The notes below the pieces were generated by a model. It searched no databases, was not told where the DNA came from, and was given only the letters and a program-made list of their open reading frames with translations. Source: Rhodoferax sp. (GTDB lineage Bacteria; Pseudomonadota; Gammaproteobacteria; Burkholderiales; Burkholderiaceae_C). Taken from it: a stretch of DNA of 64,000 nt. Below, piece by piece: positions 59,196 to 64,000 of the stretch. Both the position numbers and the translations under genes were made by a program. The stretch is from NCBI GenBank assembly GCA_031386665.1, contig JANNCN010000023.1, positions 10,572 to 74,571 of the forward strand, in the 5' to 3' direction. Every line of letters begins with the position of its first letter. Positions within the stretch are counted from its first letter, which is position 1.

Positions 59196-60335
59196 TTAAG
59201 CGACTCCGTTTTCAGTCGGGTCATACTTCAGCAGGTCAATCAAGCGGTGGTTCAAATAGAGGCGTTCGCGCCCATTTTCCTGAGACTGCAATAGCCCGGT
59301 GCTCACCAGCGTTTGCAGGTAAATGGCCGCTGTTTGCCGCTTAGCAATTTGCGCCAGCACCACGTCGGCAACGCGGCAATAGGGCAAACGAAAGATCAAT
59401 TCCACTAGGCCCCTTTGGTTGCCCAGTTTGGTGTCGCGCTGAATTTGTTCATGCGTACTCTCCATCAGACGTGAAATCGCTTTGATTTTTTCCAGTGTCC
59501 AAACCGCCGTTTCTCGTACCGCTTCCAGCATGTACAGCAGCCATTGCTGCCAGGCTTCTGCGCTGCCTTCACGCGAGACAGCCAGCAACAACGCGTAATA
59601 CCTACTGCGGTGGTTCAAGATGTAGCGCGAAAGGTAAAGCCCGGGCGACGTCAGCAGCCCCTTATCGACCAAATAAAGCAGGTTCAGCACCCGCCCAGTG
59701 CGGCCATTGCCATCCAGAAACGGATGAATCGCTTCAAACTGGTAGTGCAGTACCGCCATGCGAACCAGCGGGTCAAGTTCGGGGCCGCGCGCAACGTCGC
59801 TGTCGTCGGCATGGCAAAAACGTTCCCAATCTGCTAGTTTTTCACGCAACACGGTCTCGCCTTGGGGCGGCGTGTAAATCGTCTCCTGCGTGCGCGCATT
59901 GACCAAGGCCGTGCCCGGCACCCTGCGCACCTGCATTTCCATGCCTTTGGTTTTGCTGCAAATCTCTTCGATCAGCCGGGTGGCCAGCGGGCGTGTGCGC
60001 AATTGGTTTAAGCCGTGGTAAAGCGACTCGCGGTATTGAAGGGTTTCTTTAACCGCCAAGTCGGCGCGGGCCGGGTCTTTGGCGACGTATTGGAACAATT
60101 CGTCTGTGGTGGTCACAATGTTTTCAATTTCTGAACTGGCCTTGGATTCGAGCAATACCAAAGAACTTAGCAGCACGTCTGGGTTGGGCAGCAAGGCGGT
60201 CGCCTCTTTCAGGGCTGCCAAAGCTTTGTTGGCCTGGATGCAAGCCCGAAGGACGGTCGCGGTTTCCCATTGCCCCATAGGCACGCTCCCGCTCAAAAGC
60301 GGTGGCAAGTCAAAGGCTTGTTTTGGGTTGAACAT
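59196..60335 (-). CDS. Fic-family protein (AMPylase type) with N-terminal inhibitory helix and C-terminal wHTH
   Basis: HPFLDGNGRTGR active-site motif. SSEIEN matches the (S/T)xxxE(G/N) inhibitory motif located N-terminal to the core. Confidence 0.85.
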   Translation of the reverse strand: MFNPKQAFDLPPLLSGSVPMGQWETATVLRACIQANKALAALKEATALLPNPDVLLSSLVLLESKASSEIENIVTTTDELFQYVAKDPARADLAVKETLQYRESLYHGLNQLRTRPLATRLIEEICSKTKGMEMQVRRVPGTALVNARTQETIYTPPQGETVLREKLADWERFCHADDSDVARGPELDPLVRMAVLHYQFEAIHPFLDGNGRTGRVLNLLYLVDKGLLTSPGLYLSRYILNHRSRYYALLLAVSREGSAEAWQQWLLYMLEAVRETAVWTLEKIKAISRLMESTHEQIQRDTKLGNQRGLVELIFRLPYCRVADVVLAQIAKRQTAAIYLQTLVSTGLLQSQENGRERLYLNHRLIDLLKYDPTENGVA

Positions 60336-60432
60336 GTCGATGAAAATGGCAAATCATAGCGAAATTCTAATTTATTGTCGATAAAATTAGAATATATCGA
60401 CGATACAACGTCAACGTGTCGATTGAATCGAC
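60334..60432. promoter_or_regulatory. AT-rich fic upstream region with nested inverted repeats and a recurring GTCGAT hexamer
   Basis: ATTCTAATTT/AAATTAGAAT (60364-73 and 60384-93), GTCGATA/TATCGAC (60377-83 and 60395-401), GTCGATTGAATCGAC (60418-32). Confidence 0.35.
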
Positions 60433-60516
60433 AAGTCAAAGTGAATCTGTAGATAAATCTAGAAACCTTCGACATTCTTTGACTTTCCCCATTCAACCTG
60501 TTTTCGGGCGCTGCTA

Positions 60517-61917
60517 TCAAATCCGCCGGATCGGCTTCTTCTTCCAAACCACGCGGTAATAAGCGGTTTGCAAGCTGAGAGACGTTAAAAACGAGATCGG
60601 GTAGGCGGCCCAAATGCCGTTGATACCGAAGCGGTTGCTTAAAGCCCAGGCCACCGGAATCAGCACCAACAAAATGCAGCCCATGCCAATCGCGGTGGGC
60701 CACAGCACGGTGCCGCTGGCGCGCATCAGGCCCGACAGCACCATCGACATGCCCATGATCACGCAACTCCAAAGCATGATGTGCAGCAGGGTTTGGGCCA
60801 GTTCCACCACAGCCGCGTCTGTGATGAACAAGCCGACGATGTGGCGAGAAAAAACGTAGCCCAACACAACCAGAAAGCCAGTTAAAAGTATGTTCAAACC
60901 GATGCCGGTTTTGGCGATTTTGCCCAAGGTGTGGCCCCGGCCCGCGCCAATCGCTTGCGCACCCAAAATTGACGCGGTGATCGCAATCGACATAGCCGGA
61001 AATTGCACATACGAGATGATTTGGTTCACCGCGCCATACGCCGCTGTGGCTTGCGAGCCATAGCGGTTCACCAAGAACAGCACCGCCACTTCAGACAGCG
61101 CCATGGTGCCCACGGTCAACGCGGTGGGCAAGCCTATTTTGAGCACTTTGACCATGATGGCTGCGTCAAACTTCAGGTAACGCACCATAGCCGCGTCGGG
61201 GGCCAAAGGCGAGCCGATGCGCTTGAGCTGCCAGCCCATGTATATCAAACCCACCACATAAGCCACCACCGACGCATAGGCACCGCTTGCCACCCCCATT
61301 TGCGGCAAACCACCCCAACCGCGAATGAGCGCTGGCGTGAGCACCATGCCAATGACAGTGCCAATCAGCAGCGTTTTAAGCGGTGTTTTCGTGTCGCTTA
61401 CGCCACGCAGCATGGACGTGGTGAGCAAGTACACAAACAAAAAAGGTGCAGCGATGAACATGACCCGCGCGTAGGTGGTGGCGCCCACCAAAATGTCAGG
61501 CGGCGTGCCCATGGCGCGCAGTAGCGGCTCGGTCAAAAAGCTGCCCAGCACGGCCACGGCCAAACCCGAGCTAAACCCCACCACCACGGTGGTGCCCACA
61601 ATGGCTTTGACGCGTTCGGGCTCTTTGGCCCCCCAGGCTTGGCCAATCAAAATCGATGCGCCCGCACCCAGGCCGATCATGAAGGAAATCAAAAAAAACA
61701 GCACTGGAAAAAACGCCGACACCGACGCCAGCGCGTTCACGCCGAGCATTTGCCCCAGGTAAATGTTGGTGATGGTGCCAGAGGCCGCTTGCAAAATGTT
61801 GCTGGCGATCATGGGCATCAAAAACGCCAAGTAGACCTTCCATAATTTACCGGGCGCAGCAGCTTGGGGTGCCAGCCTGACGGAGGATGAGGCGGTGGTT
61901 GGAGTGTCGGGTTTCAT
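60517..61917 (-). CDS. MATE-family efflux transporter
   Basis: 12-TM profile, about 466 aa from ATG 61917 (MKPDTP). Confidence 0.85.
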   Translation of the reverse strand: MKPDTPTTASSSVRLAPQAAAPGKLWKVYLAFLMPMIASNILQAASGTITNIYLGQMLGVNALASVSAFFPVLFFLISFMIGLGAGASILIGQAWGAKEPERVKAIVGTTVVVGFSSGLAVAVLGSFLTEPLLRAMGTPPDILVGATTYARVMFIAAPFLFVYLLTTSMLRGVSDTKTPLKTLLIGTVIGMVLTPALIRGWGGLPQMGVASGAYASVVAYVVGLIYMGWQLKRIGSPLAPDAAMVRYLKFDAAIMVKVLKIGLPTALTVGTMALSEVAVLFLVNRYGSQATAAYGAVNQIISYVQFPAMSIAITASILGAQAIGAGRGHTLGKIAKTGIGLNILLTGFLVVLGYVFSRHIVGLFITDAAVVELAQTLLHIMLWSCVIMGMSMVLSGLMRASGTVLWPTAIGMGCILLVLIPVAWALSNRFGINGIWAAYPISFLTSLSLQTAYYRVVWKKKPIRRI

Positions 61918-61981
61918 GGGGCAGTTTGGGGCGGTGAGATGTGATGCGATAGGGGGCAAAGGGCTTGTAGCGCAGGAGCGT

Positions 61982-62674
61982 TCAATCCGCAAAAGCCTCA
62001 GCCAATATTTTTTTTAAATGGCTCTGAACATCAACCGGCCAGGTGGCAATCAGCTCGAAAAACCTGGTTTGGTCGCCTGCAAACAGCGCCCGGCTGGCTT
62101 CTTCAAAACCCGGCTCGTGCCCCGCGATGGTGGACATGAATTTGTAGCCCACCGCGCTGGCTTGGCGCACCCGGTCTTTCACCTCGGACGAACGCCTGGC
62201 CATTTCAACCAGTTTGCGCAGCGCCACCGACGCGCCGCCCGGCTGGCTTGCCAGCCATTCCCAATGGCGCGGCAGCAAAGTGATTTCGCGCGGCACCACA
62301 CCCATGCGCGGGCGACCCGGGCCGCGCGGGGAAGTGCCAGAATCCGACGCCTTGTCCAAAAGGGTCTGCCCATCGCGCGCCATTTCGGCACCCATTTCTG
62401 CACCCATTTCTGCACCTATTTGTGCAATTGCCGGGTACTGCGCCTCAAGTCGGGCCACAAAGTCAGCCTTTGAGCCGCGCCAATCCAGCTCAATGATGTC
62501 GCTGGTGGCGTCGTCAAAAATCAAAACAGGCAAAGCCGACAAACTATCAGCGGTCTGGTCGATGGCGGCTTTGGCAGCTAGTGCCACGCTGCCTAGCCCG
62601 CCTGAGGCGATGCATGTTTGGCCTTCAAAGGCGGTGCAAGGTGTGGATGAGTGGACGCTGGAGATGGTTTGCAT
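61982..62674 (-). CDS. DUF2239-like conserved hypothetical protein
   Basis: PRGPGRPRMGVVPREITLLPRHWEWL central motif, recalled as DUF2239. Contains a GAEM tandem repeat. Confidence 0.6.
   Translation of the reverse strand: MQTISSVHSSTPCTAFEGQTCIASGGLGSVALAAKAAIDQTADSLSALPVLIFDDATSDIIELDWRGSKADFVARLEAQYPAIAQIGAEMGAEMGAEMARDGQTLLDKASDSGTSPRGPGRPRMGVVPREITLLPRHWEWLASQPGGASVALRKLVEMARRSSEVKDRVRQASAVGYKFMSTIAGHEPGFEEASRALFAGDQTRFFELIATWPVDVQSHLKKILAEAFAD
62376..62423 (-). repeat. 12-nt tandem repeat (about 4 units) in the DUF2239-like gene
   Basis: GCACCCATTTCT x2 flanked by degenerate units. Encodes GAEMGAEMGAEMA. Confidence 0.6.
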
Positions 62675-62676
62675 AA

Positions 62677-62748
62677 TATTACCCGGATTTAATCCTTGAG
62701 CGAATTATATCCGGGTAATAAGCGTTGGATATTTTTATCCGGGTCTTA
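62677..62748. promoter_or_regulatory. Perfect 12-nt inverted repeat plus a third half-site abutting the DUF2239 gene start
   Basis: TATTACCCGGAT (62677-88) and ATCCGGGTAATA (62709-20), with ATCCGGGT again at 62737-44. Confidence 0.4.
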
Positions 62749-62822
62749 TTTTTTTAGGCAAATGACATGCGCCCCTTCATTGCCACACTCACTGCCGAAT
62801 TTGGGCGGTTCAGCCAGACTTC

Positions 62823-62938
62823 ATATCACCGGTGATATCACTTTGCCCTGAAAGTCGCAAAAAGTTAAAAATATGGGTTAAATATGCCTCTAGCTCTCGA
62901 ATTAATTCAATAGTTTGCTATTATAAATATAGCATTTT
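62823..62938 (-). repeat. AT-rich modular intergenic repeat, copy 5 (16-bp palindrome plus core)
   Basis: ATATCACCGGTGATAT (62823-38), then CCTCTAGCTCTCGAATTAATTCAATAGTTTGCTATTATAAATATAGCATTTT. Confidence 0.65.
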
Positions 62939-63022
62939 AGCGATCTCACAAGGTGTTGCACAAAGCCTGTTAACCCTAGTTTTAGCGCTTCAGCAGCGCT
63001 GTTCACCCCATCCACCCACCCC

Positions 63023-64000
63023 TCAAATCGCCAGCGGATCCACATCAATCGCCCAGCGAATCAGGCCTTTGCCTACTGGGGTTTGGCGCGTGGTGTGCAA
63101 CACGGTTTGCCAGTCGGACAGAAAGCGCTGCAGGTGCGCGCGCGATAGGCTTTCGACCAGCATTTGGGCGCGCTCGATGTTGGCCACGCGCTGAATGCTC
63201 ATGGGCACGCAGGGGTAGAGCGTGACAAACGGGGCGTCGGGCAGGTCCAGCGCAGCGACGCTGGCCGCCGTTAAAAAGGCCTGCGCCACGGCTTGCTCGC
63301 GTGCCTCGGCCCGCACCAGCGCCTGAAAGCTAAAGGGCGGCATCATGGCTTGCTGGCGCTCTTGCAGTTGCGCAGCCGCAAAGGCCGGGTAGTCGTGACT
63401 TTTAAGTGCCGCAAACAGCGGGTGCTGCGGATGAAAAGTTTGCAGCCACATTTCGCTGGTGGATTCGATGCTGGCATCGCGCCCGGCACGGCCTGCGGCT
63501 TGCATCAACAGGCTAAAGAGCCGCTCGGGCGCGCGAAAGTCGCTGGAGAACAGCGCCCCGTCGGGGTTGATGGCGGCCACCAGCGTGATGCGCCGAAAGT
63601 CGTGGCCTTTGGCGATCATCTGCGTGCCCACCAGCACATCGACCTCACCCGCATGCACTTTGGCCAGTTGCTTTTCCAAATCGCCTTTGGCTTTGGTGCT
63701 GTCGGCATCAATCCGCACGATGCGCAGCGGCTCGCCCTCGGGGTGCAGCGCCGACACGGTGTTGGGGCGGCGCACGTCCACCAGCAGCTCGGCCAAGTGC
63801 TCTTCCAGCCGCTCGGTGCCCCGGCCAACGGGTTGAATATCGACATTGCCGCACTCGGGGCAGGCGCGGGGCACGCGCTCGGTGTAGCCGCAGTGGTGGC
63901 AGCGCAGGGTGCGGTCGATTTTGTGAAACACGCGGTAGGCGCTGCAATGCGGGCATTCGCTCTTCCAGTCGCAGGCGGTGCAGGCCAGCACGGGCGCGTA
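63023..64000 (-). CDS. priA: Primosomal replication-restart helicase PriA, C-terminal part (5' end outside window)
   Basis: Cys-rich zinc region CTACDWKSECPHCSAYRVFH...CHHCGY...CPECG, helicase C-terminal motifs (VLVGTQMIAKGHDF, QAAGRAGR). The frame is open to the window edge. Confidence 0.9.
   Translation of the reverse strand, partial: YAPVLACTACDWKSECPHCSAYRVFHKIDRTLRCHHCGYTERVPRACPECGNVDIQPVGRGTERLEEHLAELLVDVRRPNTVSALHPEGEPLRIVRIDADSTKAKGDLEKQLAKVHAGEVDVLVGTQMIAKGHDFRRITLVAAINPDGALFSSDFRAPERLFSLLMQAAGRAGRDASIESTSEMWLQTFHPQHPLFAALKSHDYPAFAAAQLQERQQAMMPPFSFQALVRAEAREQAVAQAFLTAASVAALDLPDAPFVTLYPCVPMSIQRVANIERAQMLVESLSRAHLQRFLSDWQTVLHTTRQTPVGKGLIRWAIDVDPLAI

Noticed and set aside
1-64000. Mobile island, prophage or CRISPR interpretation of the window
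   Set aside because: No integrase, transposase, phage structural genes, tRNA attachment site or spaced direct-repeat array was seen. The tandem repeats present are 12-18 nt coding repeats with 3-4 units. The backbone genes are housekeeping genes in conserved order.

Overview
GC-rich chromosomal segment with betaproteobacterial (Burkholderiales/Comamonadaceae-like) gene content and synteny: corC-lnt, glyQ-glyS-gmhB-plsC, rnpB, rep, priA. The centre (22.7-41.2 kb) is a long co-directional leucine/isovalerate catabolic (liu) supercluster: liuR, isovaleryl-CoA dehydrogenase, both methylcrotonyl-CoA carboxylase subunits, a hydratase and HMG-CoA lyase. Interleaved with these are carbonic anhydrase, aceK, a thiolase, two more acyl-CoA dehydrogenases, a Tat-signal GH10 glycosidase and several small accessory genes. 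Downstream lie a DUF4212/sodium-solute symporter pair, an MFS transporter, a convergent pair of paralogous unknown genes, and a ~6 kb tandem UvrA-UvrA reading frame. I saw no transposase, integrase, CRISPR array, tRNA or rRNA. The most notable observations are: (1) the four-NBD UvrA-UvrA frame is broken by a single in-frame TAA that lies inside an inserted composite palindromic repeat, and a second copy of that repeat is translated in frame inside module 2. (2) A modular AT-rich intergenic repeat family has at least 5 copies, with variable perfect palindromes attached. (3) A vapBC cassette with its own operator is inserted between glyQ and glyS and overlaps the glyS start. (4) A second vapC carries an in-frame TGA. 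(5) Several phased direct-repeat arrays and palindromes sit in promoter regions. All functional calls rest on motif and family recognition by eye; no searches were run.
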